This document shows, one piece after another, positions 39,534 to 50,136 of a DNA stretch of 64,000 nucleotides; position 1 is the stretch's first letter, and each line of letters opens with the position of its first letter. The notes beneath the pieces are model-generated. The model was not told the DNA's origin and did not search any database. It saw only the letters and a program-made list of their open reading frames with translations. The translations under genes and the position numbers were made by a program. Origin of the DNA: a plasmid; sequence record NZ_CP096708.1; one strand, 5' to 3'.

Positions 39534-40961
39534 ATGAAACTAAGAACAATATGTTTAGCTTTATTCTGTATATCTATCTCTACTGTTGATGCTGCTTCAG
39601 GTACTTCAATGAATGAAGTATTTGACCAGATCAATGCTACAGGAAATGTTACGACCCCTACCGCAATTCAAGGGCAGACGATGAACTACACCACAGGCGG
39701 TAGTTTATTTATGCGTATGCCAAATACGACCTATAACCTAGCTGCAATTACACCCCCATCGGCGAATGCGGGATGCGGCGGGATTGATCTATATATGGGG
39801 GGATTCAGCTATGTAAATAAAGAGCAATTTGTAGCAATGTTAAAGAATATTGGTTCAAATGCTCTTGGATATGGATTTAAGTTAGCACTTCAAAATCTTT
39901 GTCCGACTTGCGATAACGTAATGCAAGCATTACAAGCTGTATCCCAACAGGTGAACAGACTCAATATTGACTCATGTGAAGCTGCAAAAGGGATTGTTAA
40001 TGCAGCATTACCTACTAGCGTTCAACGTGGCCGTGAACAATCATCAATGAGTTGGGGAAATATTAAAAATATCTTCAGCGATATGAGTGAAGGCTGGGGC
40101 AAGGTTAAAGGTAATGACCAAGCTACAAATAATACTTTGGAACAAATCAAAGGATCTGATCCAGTAATTAAAGATCAAATTCCAGAAGGGAATTTAACAT
40201 GGAGAGCGTTGTCAAAAATTTCTGCATTACCCAATGAACAAAAATATCTTGTGATGGCAATGATAGGAACAATTGTAATTGACACTAAAAACGGTGCACC
40301 AAAGATTGTTGCCTATCCAAGACGAATTGATAATATCTCAACATTAATCGGGACTAATACAGCAACAAATAAACAGTTTCCTGTTTGGCGTTGTGTTGAC
40401 GGTACTGCTGAAGATGAATGTCGTGAGTTGGTTCAAGATAATTTAACAACTAATGAGACTTTCTATACCCTTGTTGACAAAAAAATGCGTTTATTGGCCG
40501 ATGCAATTACCCAAAGACGACCAATAGGGGATCAGAATAGTATTATTCAATTTATTAACTTAACTGACATACCAATCTATAAAATTATTGCTCTTAATAC
40601 ACGTTATGGTGGTGATAGCACAGCAGCAATGGCAGCAATGGAGCAGTATAAAGAATTAATTGCAGCTAAATACGCTTTAGCGTATTTCGAAATCACAAGT
40701 AAGATGGTTGAAGCTGCATTAAGTAATATTGTTGCAGGAACTTCGGATCCGATGACATCCCAAGAAATTATTAAAATTCGTGAAACATTAGATAAAACAA
40801 GATCAGATTTAAATCAAAGTGTTCAAACGGCATATTCAAGATCAAATGTATCATGGAATATTGCACAAGAAGTGCAGCACATGGAGAGAACACTCCATTC
40901 AAACTTAACACCAGCATTACGACAATCAATTGTCTTTGCTAACACCTTGAATAAAAAATAA
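39534..40961 (+). CDS. traH: TraH-like
   Basis: Signal peptide. Size and order match. Confidence 0.7.
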   Translation: MKLRTICLALFCISISTVDAASGTSMNEVFDQINATGNVTTPTAIQGQTMNYTTGGSLFMRMPNTTYNLAAITPPSANAGCGGIDLYMGGFSYVNKEQFVAMLKNIGSNALGYGFKLALQNLCPTCDNVMQALQAVSQQVNRLNIDSCEAAKGIVNAALPTSVQRGREQSSMSWGNIKNIFSDMSEGWGKVKGNDQATNNTLEQIKGSDPVIKDQIPEGNLTWRALSKISALPNEQKYLVMAMIGTIVIDTKNGAPKIVAYPRRIDNISTLIGTNTATNKQFPVWRCVDGTAEDECRELVQDNLTTNETFYTLVDKKMRLLADAITQRRPIGDQNSIIQFINLTDIPIYKIIALNTRYGGDSTAAMAAMEQYKELIAAKYALAYFEITSKMVEAALSNIVAGTSDPMTSQEIIKIRETLDKTRSDLNQSVQTAYSRSNVSWNIAQEVQHMERTLHSNLTPALRQSIVFANTLNKK

Positions 40962-40971
40962 GGGGGTTATC

Positions 40972-43900
40972 ATGGATTTTGTGATTGAAACGTACTGGAA
41001 TGTTGAGTCCACATATTTAACTTTAAATTTTATAGCGGCTTTCATGGGTGGCAGTGGATGGTTAGGTCTACTTAAATTTGTATTTTTGTGCGCCTTGATG
41101 ACCGCAATGCTTAAGTTTGCCTATGACCGAGATATTGGTGATTTACTTAAATGGTTTGCACAAGCATATTTATTAGTTGTTGTTTTTATGGCCCCTGTAA
41201 GCTCAGTGGCAGTAGTAGATAAGTTGAATCAAGAACCTCCAAAAGTGGTAGGTAATGTTCCCTGGTTGATAGCAGGCACATCTTGGGCAATAAACACTGT
41301 TACTGGATGGTTGGCAGTAGAGTATGAAAAGCTTGCAAATGTTCCTGGAAGTTTAAGACTAACTTCAACAGGGGATATGGGATTCGGTCAAGCTTTAATT
41401 AGAAATACAAATCAAATCACGATTACAAATCCATATTTACGTGCAGACTTGATGCAATATATTAAGGAGTGTGCACTTTATGATATGCAAGATGGAGTTT
41501 TAAGTGTTGATGATTTAATGAATAAAACTAATTCATGGTCACTTATGTTCTCTAAAACTAATCCAGCTCGGTTTGTAACTCTTGGTACAGTTAAGGGTGA
41601 TCCGAAAACTTATTCCTGTGTTGATGCTGCAAGTATTTTAGATACCAATGTAACTTCAGGCGTAGAAGCAGCTATGCGTTACTATGGAAAAAATGCATTC
41701 AATAATTTTAATCCTAATGTTGCATACAATATGTATGTTGGGGCATTAGGTCAAAGCTATTCATGGATCTTAGGTGCTAATCAAAATGCATCTGATGCGG
41801 TTAAACAAGCTATGTTTAACAATATTATGCGTTCAGCAAATTCAGAGTTACCAGCTTTAATAAATGATCCAACACGCATACAAGAAATTATTGCTTCAGG
41901 TGGAGCTGCAATGGCTGCTGAACAATCAAAGGGCAGTGCAAATGTAGTTTCTAAATTAGCTTTTGAAGCAATTCCAACTATTCGAAATTGGTTAGAATCT
42001 GTTTTATACAGCTTATTTCCTATATGTGTTTTATGGCTAGTAATAGCACGGCCAAATAATACACTGAATATCCTATCTGCCTATTTAAGTAGCTTTATCG
42101 GTCTAGGTCTTATACCAGTATTTTATACAAGCCTTAATCACCTTTCGATGGTTTATCTAAAAAAACAAGCTGAAGCTATGGAGCTTGCTCAAGGTGTTCC
42201 TTTTTCTAAGTTATCAGTACTAGACAGCACTGTGATTGATGAGCAAGCTATGTTGGGATTCTTTGTCCTAATTATTTTGCTGTTAGCTGCATGGGCAGCA
42301 AGGGCATTTAATGGCGGGATATTGAGTGTTGCACCACGCTTATTATCTTCTATGACCTCAGCAGGTTCTTCAGTTGGTGGAAGCTTAGCGATGGGTAATA
42401 CATCGCTAGGGGAAACTGCTTTAGACACTAAAACAGTAAATAACACGTCAATGAATAAGTATGATGGAAACTTAAGCATGAGCCGTGGTTTGTCAACTTA
42501 TACAAATGAATCAGGAACGTCACACACTATAACGCCTAACGGATTAATGAATACTCAAAAACTTGAGGACGTTGTACCGCATTCTTTGCATACAGGACAA
42601 TCAATCAATAGATCCAATGAGCAACGTTATAGTCAATCTACAGATTCAAGTTTCACACGATCAACAGATCAAAATGTTGTAAGTGGCTCTACAACTTCAG
42701 ATAGTTTCTCTAGAACACAGAATTATGGTACTGAGCAAACAACAGGAGTTTCAAATTCTGTTAATAGAGGTACAAACGTTTCTAATCAATATGATAGTGG
42801 TATTAATGAAAATAATACTAACTCGACAGGCCATACTTTAGAGGATGGTCGTACTGTTTATACTGCTTTAAGTACTGGTATTTCAGGACATGGAGGAATC
42901 GGAGCTGCTGGTGGCGTTGGTGGTGATAACGGTCAACGTGTAGCAGGATCGCCTACTAATCCAGGTCAAACTATGCCTACAGGTAATAATGCCAATGCAT
43001 CAAATGGTGCTTCAGGAGGAACTGGAGGAAAAGGTGGTAAAGGTGGTAAAGCAGGCTTCAATGTTGGTGCGGATGTTAATGCTCAAGGTCAAATGGGTGT
43101 TAATTACAATGCAAACCAATCTGATTCAAAATCTAGTACAAATGCTGTTGATCAATACCGTAGCATTTCAAGAGGTATTGGTACACATGCTGGAACTGAC
43201 TATTCAAGAACAGATACTGGATCTGTAAACTCTTCAACAGGTCATGGCTTTGAAACAAGTGCATCAAGATTTACCAATACATCACATACTGATGGTCAAA
43301 ATGCATCTATTTCTGACCGTAATGGATATGATCAAAGTACTGCCTACTCATCTTCTCATCAACTTGAGCAAGGCTATAATCTTGCTGCAAGCCCTGAATT
43401 CAAACGCGATGTTGCGAAGCATTTTGAAATGGATCAACTTCAATTCAGTAATTTACCTGCCGATGAGCAAATCCGCTTAATGAAGCAGTATAGAGATGAA
43501 GAAGTTAATGCAATTCAAACCACTCCAAGTAGCTATGAGAATGGACAGCCGATTGCTTTCAATCTTCCAAAAGACTTTAATCTAAATCAAAGTAAAGTCG
43601 GCTCTACTAAGGAAATTGATAGTGATTTTCAGAAAAATGCAAATCGTATCGGTACAAATATAGAGCGTGTGAATGCTGATACAAAAGCACCTGAGAGTTT
43701 ATCAAGAACGAATAGTACGCTAGAGGATGTAAACGGTGAAATGAATCGACTCAACAGTAGTAAAGCTGAAGAGACGAGAGAAGCAAGTAATAAAAAGGCC
43801 GAGCTTAAAGACAGAGTTGATGCACGTGCACGTGAAGATGTAAAAGATGCTGCTTATAATTTAGCTAGTTCATTAAGCCCTAAACAAATTTGGAAAGATA

Positions 43901-44022
43901 CCAAAGCTGCATGGAATGATGTGACAGGTAATTCTGATAAAAACTCAGATAACAGTACACAGATAAACAATAATGGTGCAAGTATCGGACAATGGAGCAA
44001 AAAAGACGTTGACCCAAAGTAA
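40972..44022 (+). CDS. traG: TraG-like (VirB6 N-terminus plus mating-pair stabilisation C-terminus)
   Basis: A 1016-aa protein with an N-terminal polytopic membrane domain and a long Ser/Thr/Gly-rich C-terminus. Confidence 0.75.
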   Translation: MDFVIETYWNVESTYLTLNFIAAFMGGSGWLGLLKFVFLCALMTAMLKFAYDRDIGDLLKWFAQAYLLVVVFMAPVSSVAVVDKLNQEPPKVVGNVPWLIAGTSWAINTVTGWLAVEYEKLANVPGSLRLTSTGDMGFGQALIRNTNQITITNPYLRADLMQYIKECALYDMQDGVLSVDDLMNKTNSWSLMFSKTNPARFVTLGTVKGDPKTYSCVDAASILDTNVTSGVEAAMRYYGKNAFNNFNPNVAYNMYVGALGQSYSWILGANQNASDAVKQAMFNNIMRSANSELPALINDPTRIQEIIASGGAAMAAEQSKGSANVVSKLAFEAIPTIRNWLESVLYSLFPICVLWLVIARPNNTLNILSAYLSSFIGLGLIPVFYTSLNHLSMVYLKKQAEAMELAQGVPFSKLSVLDSTVIDEQAMLGFFVLIILLLAAWAARAFNGGILSVAPRLLSSMTSAGSSVGGSLAMGNTSLGETALDTKTVNNTSMNKYDGNLSMSRGLSTYTNESGTSHTITPNGLMNTQKLEDVVPHSLHTGQSINRSNEQRYSQSTDSSFTRSTDQNVVSGSTTSDSFSRTQNYGTEQTTGVSNSVNRGTNVSNQYDSGINENNTNSTGHTLEDGRTVYTALSTGISGHGGIGAAGGVGGDNGQRVAGSPTNPGQTMPTGNNANASNGASGGTGGKGGKGGKAGFNVGADVNAQGQMGVNYNANQSDSKSSTNAVDQYRSISRGIGTHAGTDYSRTDTGSVNSSTGHGFETSASRFTNTSHTDGQNASISDRNGYDQSTAYSSSHQLEQGYNLAASPEFKRDVAKHFEMDQLQFSNLPADEQIRLMKQYRDEEVNAIQTTPSSYENGQPIAFNLPKDFNLNQSKVGSTKEIDSDFQKNANRIGTNIERVNADTKAPESLSRTNSTLEDVNGEMNRLNSSKAEETREASNKKAELKDRVDARAREDVKDAAYNLASSLSPKQIWKDTKAAWNDVTGNSDKNSDNSTQINNNGASIGQWSKKDVDPK

Positions 44023-44036
44023 GAGACCCTCAACTT

Positions 44037-44606
44037 GTGAAGCAGTTTGAAAAGCATGGTAATCAGCTTATTAGAGCTGCTCGTGAGGTGGGGGTTGATC
44101 CACAAAAGGTCATTTTAATTTCAGGCCTGGAGAGTTCGTTTATTGCTAATAATGTTTCTGAATCAGGTGCAACTGGGTTAGGTCAATTTACTAATGGTAC
44201 GTTTATGGACAGAATTAAAGCTTCAAAACACCCTGAACTACAAGCACTGAAGGGAAAAAGTAGAAGTGAAATTTTAAGTTACCGTAGTAATCCAAGAATT
44301 GCATCTTTAGCTCTAGCTGAACACATCAAAGATGCTGAGGAGAGAGTAAAAAAATCTTTTAGAGCAAATGGGATCAACTCACCAGTTACATTAGCTGATA
44401 TTTATACAGTTCATAACATTGGCAATCCTTCAATGGCTGTTGCAGCAAGAAGAGAGCAATTGGCTATTGCAGGTGTAAGTGTAAAAGCCCTGAAGCTTAA
44501 TAGTGGTCTTTATAAAAAAGGGTTGAATACAACAGCAAGGGAGTATATGGAAACCGTTGATCGTAAATTTAAGATTCTGGATACTAAGTTAAAGAATGGC
44601 AACTAA
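44037..44606 (+). CDS. SLT-domain protein (second lytic transglycosylase)
   Basis: GTG start. Motif GLESSF...GLGQFT. Confidence 0.55.
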   Translation: MKQFEKHGNQLIRAAREVGVDPQKVILISGLESSFIANNVSESGATGLGQFTNGTFMDRIKASKHPELQALKGKSRSEILSYRSNPRIASLALAEHIKDAEERVKKSFRANGINSPVTLADIYTVHNIGNPSMAVAARREQLAIAGVSVKALKLNSGLYKKGLNTTAREYMETVDRKFKILDTKLKNGN

Positions 44607-44725
44607 AGATTGGACAAAATCAATCAATAGTATTATACTGACCCTGTAGCCTATTAAAGCCAGTGTCATTGACACAAACTATTTACCCAGGTGCGTAATT
44701 AGTGGTATTTATTAGCAAAGACATC

Positions 44726-44759
44726 GAAAAAAGCCATTCTGAAAAGAATGGCTTTTTTC
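44726..44759. terminator. Bidirectional intrinsic terminator
   Basis: AGCCATTCT-GAAA-AGAATGGCT with an A-run before and a T-run after, between convergent genes. Confidence 0.7.
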
Positions 44760-44766
44760 ATATCTG

Positions 44767-45558
44767 TTATAAAACTAATGAGTCTAAGCCAGATTTTGTA
44801 CATAAATTATGCAATCTACGGTATGAATTAGTATTAATGTAATGGGCATGCGTATCTTGGCAAATCCAGCCAAGAAAGACTATAGCCCAATTTATTTCTT
44901 TATTAAGCCGATCTAATGCAGTAGTTTCATCTACAGGTGCAGGAATCACGGAATTGTTAAATACTTTTGCTTCAAACTTCCAAACAGGTTCTAGATGAGC
45001 AACCCGATTTCTTAGCTTAGAAATTTCGGTTAATCGCTCTAAAATCATATTCCTGTTTCTTTTATTGTGATTTGCGAATTGTGGAAAAACCAAAGGAAAT
45101 AAGCTGTTCCAATCAATAGCAGAGCCTGAACGTCCACGTGGATCTTTATAAGTTTTAGTTAAAAGTACATACTTCCATTTTCCAAACTCTAAATTACAAA
45201 TAATATTGTGTGGATGTGGTGGTTTACTTTTTTGAATTAAGTCTCTTTTGACCTTTTTAATTGCGGATCCTAAAACTGTATCAATAGTTTTGTGAGGATT
45301 TTGAGGATCTGGCTTTAATAAGTACAGTCTATCAAACCATGCGAAATTTAAAGATTGTTGTTGGCTTGCATCGTTGCTAAGAACTTCATGAATCTTGTTT
45401 CTTAGACAGATTTCAATATTATGAAGCAAGATATAAATTTCGGCTGAAATGGCTTGATTCCAGTAATAATATTTTAACGCATCATGATCAGTAGGGCAGT
45501 TAAAGATTTTTTTATAGTGAGTTAAACGAAAAGTACTGATTGAATTGATGTTGGTCAT
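44767..45558 (-). CDS. Abi-like protein (AbiD/AbiF, Abi_2-type)
   Basis: RNRVAHLEPVW matches the RNxxAH signature of Abi_2 proteins as recalled. Confidence 0.5.
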   Translation of the reverse strand: MTNINSISTFRLTHYKKIFNCPTDHDALKYYYWNQAISAEIYILLHNIEICLRNKIHEVLSNDASQQQSLNFAWFDRLYLLKPDPQNPHKTIDTVLGSAIKKVKRDLIQKSKPPHPHNIICNLEFGKWKYVLLTKTYKDPRGRSGSAIDWNSLFPLVFPQFANHNKRNRNMILERLTEISKLRNRVAHLEPVWKFEAKVFNNSVIPAPVDETTALDRLNKEINWAIVFLGWICQDTHAHYINTNSYRRLHNLCTKSGLDSLVL

Positions 45559-45778
45559 TTAAAAAATTAAAAGCTAAGTGAGCAAGAAAATATAATAATA
45601 CGAATGGTATATAAATTGTGAAATTTAAATCATATTTATATTGGCAAAATATACCATTACAAGCAGCTCCTGAAGACATTGGCCAAAAAAACGGTCGATA
45701 AATTAAGTTGATGATTTATATAGATTCAGTTGTTTTGATTAGATAAATTGAATTGGCAAAATATTACGCAAAACGAAT

Positions 45779-45906
45779 AAGAGCAACGTGTCTACGTTGC
45801 GAACTGATGAAATTCGAGCATACCCATCTTTGATTACCGTTGCAGGTTGCAAGTGAAGCCGGCTTAATCTGTGATTAAGTCGAGCTGACCGCAGCAACGC
45901 AACTGC
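45779..45906 (-). repeat. Repeat element C, partial diverged inverted copy
   Basis: Reverse complement of about 4310-4439 with substitutions. The AAGGAGGG motif is lost. Confidence 0.7.
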
Positions 45907-45993
45907 TTTACTTGATCCTCGATGTAATCAACTAAGTATTCATGCAGATTTACGACATGTACTGTGCTTGCCATAATCTACATTTATCCAATG

Positions 45994-46183
45994 CAGCTGC
46001 CATAGATAGATGCATCTATGTAATCAGGAACTAGGGCTTTGTAAGAGTGGCCATCATAGATAAAAACGTCTATGGCCGTTGCAAACTTAGCTTCAGTATA
46101 GATAAATATGTCTATGCTCGATTTACCTGGAAACATAGTCAAGTCTATCTATGCGCTTATGCTTTCTAGTGCGGATCCGCAAC
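45994..46183 (+). repeat. Repeat element B, copy 3
   Basis: Near-identical to 4063-4252. Confidence 0.8.
46170..46183. repeat. Palindrome family copy (end of repeat B copy 3)
   Basis: TGCGGATCCGCAAC. Confidence 0.9.
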
Positions 46184-46306
46184 TTATATGTATAAAATTT
46201 CATCATAAAAAATGTCTTATTGATTATTAAGAGAATTTAAATTTGAATTTAAGCAATTAATTTTTTTAATATGTATCTTGAATATGTAACGTTTTCAAGA
46301 TGGAAA

Positions 46307-47596
46307 ATGTCAAATAAAATCATATTTTTGATAGATATCAACAATGCTTATTGCTCCTTTGAAAGAGTATTTAATCCTAAACTCAATGATCGTGCTGTAA
46401 TTGTTACTAGCAATGGAGACGGTTGCATAGTAGCTCGTTCAGCAGAAGCAAAGGCGCTTAATATTCCGATGGGTGCACCACTATTTAAAGTCATTGATAT
46501 TGTGAAAAGGCACAATGTAATTGTTTTATCAAGCAATTATGCTTTATATGGAGAGATGAGTAGAAGGTTTCATAACATATTACGAGATTACGTAACTTAT
46601 GAGGAACATGAAGAATATTCAATTGATGAAGCCTGGATTGATTTAACTTCTTATGTTCAAAATTATGACTTAAATAATATAGCAAAAGAAATACTTCAGC
46701 GTTTAAAACAGTGGCTTGGAGTGCCCTGCTGCATAGGAATTGGGAAAAGTAAGACAGAAGCAAAAATTTCAAATCACATCGCAAAAAAAAACCCACAATT
46801 CAAAGGTATATGTAATCTAGTTGATATGGATCCCTGTGATATAGAAGAACTATATTCTGGTATAGATGTTTCTGAAGTATGGGGAGTGGGCCGTAAATAC
46901 TCAAAGCGGTTAAATGAAATAGGTATATTTACCGTGTTTGATCTTGCATGTGCTAATCCATTTGAGATGAAAAATAAATTTGGGGTAGTTATGCAAAGAA
47001 CTATACTCGAACTTCAAGGTCAAGCTTGCATTCCTCTAGAACCAAAACCCCCAGCAAAGAAGCAAATAATTTCATCACGCTCATTTGGTCAAAAAATAAA
47101 TAACTTGCAGGATCTTAAGGAGGCAGCAACTCTCTTTACGCAAAATGCAGTAAGAAGACTCAGAGCTGATGAACAACTATGCGGTGAAATCACTGGTTTT
47201 GTTCAATCTAACCCTTTTAGTAAAACTGAAAAATATTATAGTAAAGCAGTGGTATATAGGTTTCCAGAACCAACAGATTGTGTTTTGGATATAGTTAAAA
47301 TTTCGACTGCTTTAATGAATCAAGCATATATGCCAAATATAAATTTTAAAAAATGTGGGGTTGTATTATCAAATTTAGAACCAAAGAATAAACATATTTA
47401 TGATTTACTGACAGATATGCAAAATATTGAAAAGAAAGAAAAATTCATGAAATCATATGAGCTGATCCAAAGTAAATTCGGAAAGAAAAAATTAGCGGTC
47501 GGTGCTTGTAATTTACCAGGAAGAAATTGGTCTATGAAACAAGAACGTCTTAGTAATAACCCTTTTACTTGGAGTGGGTTGTTAAAAGTAAACTAA
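46307..47596 (+). CDS. umuC: UmuC-like Y-family (translesion) DNA polymerase subunit
   Basis: IVTSNGDGCIVARSAEAKALNIPMG parallels the E. coli UmuC N-terminus. No umuD ORF is present upstream. Confidence 0.8.
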   Translation: MSNKIIFLIDINNAYCSFERVFNPKLNDRAVIVTSNGDGCIVARSAEAKALNIPMGAPLFKVIDIVKRHNVIVLSSNYALYGEMSRRFHNILRDYVTYEEHEEYSIDEAWIDLTSYVQNYDLNNIAKEILQRLKQWLGVPCCIGIGKSKTEAKISNHIAKKNPQFKGICNLVDMDPCDIEELYSGIDVSEVWGVGRKYSKRLNEIGIFTVFDLACANPFEMKNKFGVVMQRTILELQGQACIPLEPKPPAKKQIISSRSFGQKINNLQDLKEAATLFTQNAVRRLRADEQLCGEITGFVQSNPFSKTEKYYSKAVVYRFPEPTDCVLDIVKISTALMNQAYMPNINFKKCGVVLSNLEPKNKHIYDLLTDMQNIEKKEKFMKSYELIQSKFGKKKLAVGACNLPGRNWSMKQERLSNNPFTWSGLLKVN

Positions 47597-47924
47597 AGGC
47601 AAAATAAGTTTGTGACTTAGAGTTTTTAAGTACATTCATTTTGAATGTACTTAAAAAATTAGCGGCTAGACGTAAAAAAAGGAGGAGTGAAGGGAGCTAT
47701 ATTTGAATGGCTTTTTGAATATGGAACATAGTGAAACTTTACTGAACTAATTCCTGGATCTTTGGCCCATAAACCCCAAAGAACAAGAGTTAGGATCAAG
47801 AAAAATCCATTATCTAAAAAATAAGATACAAAATAGCCTAAGCCAGCACAGAGAATAAAAGTTAAGAATTTTTTCATCACTTTACCTCTTTAAATATAAG
47901 CTTCAGCCTTTTCGGCTTCAGAAG

Positions 47925-48173
47925 CTATTGTTGTTCAATGATAATCATGTGAGCAGGGCTTGTCGGAATAGGTGCACGATAAGCTACTACTCTATATCCA
48001 GAATTGTATAAATCTTCAACTGAGAAGCGTTGCTTAGCATTAAGGAAAGAACAAGTATATTGTTCTCCGTTATTCATTGAATAGCACGTACCACCTTTTT
48101 TTGCAGCTAATGCAACTTGTGAAGCCGAAACAGAAGCCAAAGCAAGCAAAAATGGAACAAGAATTTTTTTCAT
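47925..48173 (-). CDS. Small secreted protein (82 aa)
   Basis: A signal peptide ending in ALA. Confidence 0.3.
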   Translation of the reverse strand: MKKILVPFLLALASVSASQVALAAKKGGTCYSMNNGEQYTCSFLNAKQRFSVEDLYNSGYRVVAYRAPIPTSPAHMIIIEQQ

Positions 48174-48676
48174 TTATTTTCCCTCTATTGGAATTATTAA
48201 ACTAAAATAATATGACTTGATCATATAATAGTCTAAAAAAATGGAAAAGTTAATATGAAAATGGTAATTGTGATTTTACTATCAATTTTGTACATAACAG
48301 GTTGTACAACCATACCTTACGACACGTATTACTCAACTCCAAGTCAATGTACAAACAGCACGTACTAATTAGATTTGTGATAAAAAATAAATTTAAAATT
48401 GTGGATAACTAGGGTTAGATATGATATAAAATATTCTAAGTTGTAGCACTTTGATTGAAAAATTTAATTTTTGGTAAAAATGAGACAGCTAAAAAGCAGA
48501 AAGACCGAACGTTGGCGCGTTCAGTCTCTCGGATGTTAATAAAAGTTGGGCACGTTTATTAACTGGGTTATATGTATAACGTAGATTCATAGTACATCTA
48601 CTTCTTATCTTTTGCAAGCAAAAAGATACCTATAATTGCAGTCAAAGTGTGTCCAATTAATACGTTGGGCACGTAC

Positions 48677-49840
48677 ATGATAACTAGCAATATCTTTGCT
48701 ACTGATAATAAATCTATATTAATCAGTAGGTTGTATGAAAATCTACCACGAAAACCATATTGTACCAATGATTTCTTTGGGTTACGGATTCGTGAAAAAA
48801 AATCTGCAATATCACACTCGCACATACAATTTAATCACCCAAGCTTTAAACGCTACATCGTAATTGATGCTGATTATGCTGGGGCTGCTACAGCTTGGCG
48901 CTATGAATTCGCAGAAAATATACCTGTTCCAAATCTAATAGTCACAAATCCTGAAAACAGTCACTGCCATTTTTATTATGAATTAAGTGCTCCAGTAAGT
49001 TTTACAGACTCATCGAGTAAAAAAGCACAAGAATTTTATAATGCTGTTAGTAAAAAGCTTACTGAAGTACTAAGAGGGGATACAAATTACACAGGACTGA
49101 TAGCAAAAAACCCTGCTCATGAAAAGTGGATTGTTGAAGCCCCTAGAATTGAAACATACAGCCTACATGAGCTTGTAGAGCATTTAGAGCTACATCCTCA
49201 CGAATATCGGTCAATACCAGGTCAAAATAGCAAGCAAGAGCAAGTACAATGTATAAATGGCCGCAATGACCATCTTTTTCATACAGTAAGAGTTAAAGCC
49301 TATGTTGATGTTAGAGACTTCAGATCAAAAACCTATCCACAATGGGAAGAACATGTAAGACAATTGCTGGTAGATCATAATTTAGAGTTAAATAACCCAT
49401 TACCTTATTCAGAAATTAAAGCAACGGCCAAGTCGATAGCAAAATATTGTTGGAAAAAAGACGGCTATTGCTATCAAGAGTTTTGTGATCGCCAAATATC
49501 TAAAGCAAAGAAAGGTGGTCAAGCTAAAGCAGATAAATATATAGAATTAAGAAAAAAAGCAGTGGCTTTGCTTAGAAAGGGGAAAAATAAAAGATTAATA
49601 GCTCAACTTCTAAAAGTTTCCTACAGATCAGTTCTACGTTGGCTTTATAACGTCAAACTAGCGGCGGCCATAATGCATCTTAGAGACTTAAAGAACATGT
49701 GTGACAATGCCCAAAATCAGATATTAGCCGCTTTTGTTGCCAGCTTAGCTGTCTTATTCCTTGATGAGTTTATTTATGACTTTACTCAAGATGATATTTT
49801 AACAATTAACTTAACTTTTAATATTAAGATGCTTATTTAG
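48677..49840 (+). CDS. Plasmid replication initiation protein (Replicase/PriCT-type; RepAci6-like from memory)
   Basis: A primase-like Rep architecture of about 387 aa. The upstream AT-rich region has two GTTGGGCACGT repeats at 48545-48555 and 48664-48674. Confidence 0.6.
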   Translation: MITSNIFATDNKSILISRLYENLPRKPYCTNDFFGLRIREKKSAISHSHIQFNHPSFKRYIVIDADYAGAATAWRYEFAENIPVPNLIVTNPENSHCHFYYELSAPVSFTDSSSKKAQEFYNAVSKKLTEVLRGDTNYTGLIAKNPAHEKWIVEAPRIETYSLHELVEHLELHPHEYRSIPGQNSKQEQVQCINGRNDHLFHTVRVKAYVDVRDFRSKTYPQWEEHVRQLLVDHNLELNNPLPYSEIKATAKSIAKYCWKKDGYCYQEFCDRQISKAKKGGQAKADKYIELRKKAVALLRKGKNKRLIAQLLKVSYRSVLRWLYNVKLAAAIMHLRDLKNMCDNAQNQILAAFVASLAVLFLDEFIYDFTQDDILTINLTFNIKMLI

Positions 49841-50136
49841 TATCACTTTGATTGATTTTTTTTGTAGAATAGTATGACTTAGTTCTACTCATGAAAGGTC
49901 ATTACACTTGAATGAATTATTTTTATTTGACAGTAAGTATAGGATTTTACGAAATATTAGTAGTCTGCTTAGGCTAATTGTTATTACTCAACTAAGCGAA
50001 CATGATAGTTCAGAGAATAAAAACTTACAATCACTTATTCAGATCTTAAATACTGGTTGTTTCTATAATTGGGAAGCTTCGAAGTTAATAAGTTTTGAGA
50101 ATGCTCTTAAAGATTATTATAAGGAAAATATTAACC

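Noticed and set aside
46491-46796. Minus-strand ORFs inside umuC (46348-46536, 46491-46796) and similar internal ORFs in traG, traC and blaOXA-23 (for example 1279-1482, 42189-42479, 32184-32378)
   Set aside because: They lie within strongly supported genes on the other strand or in another frame and have no independent support.
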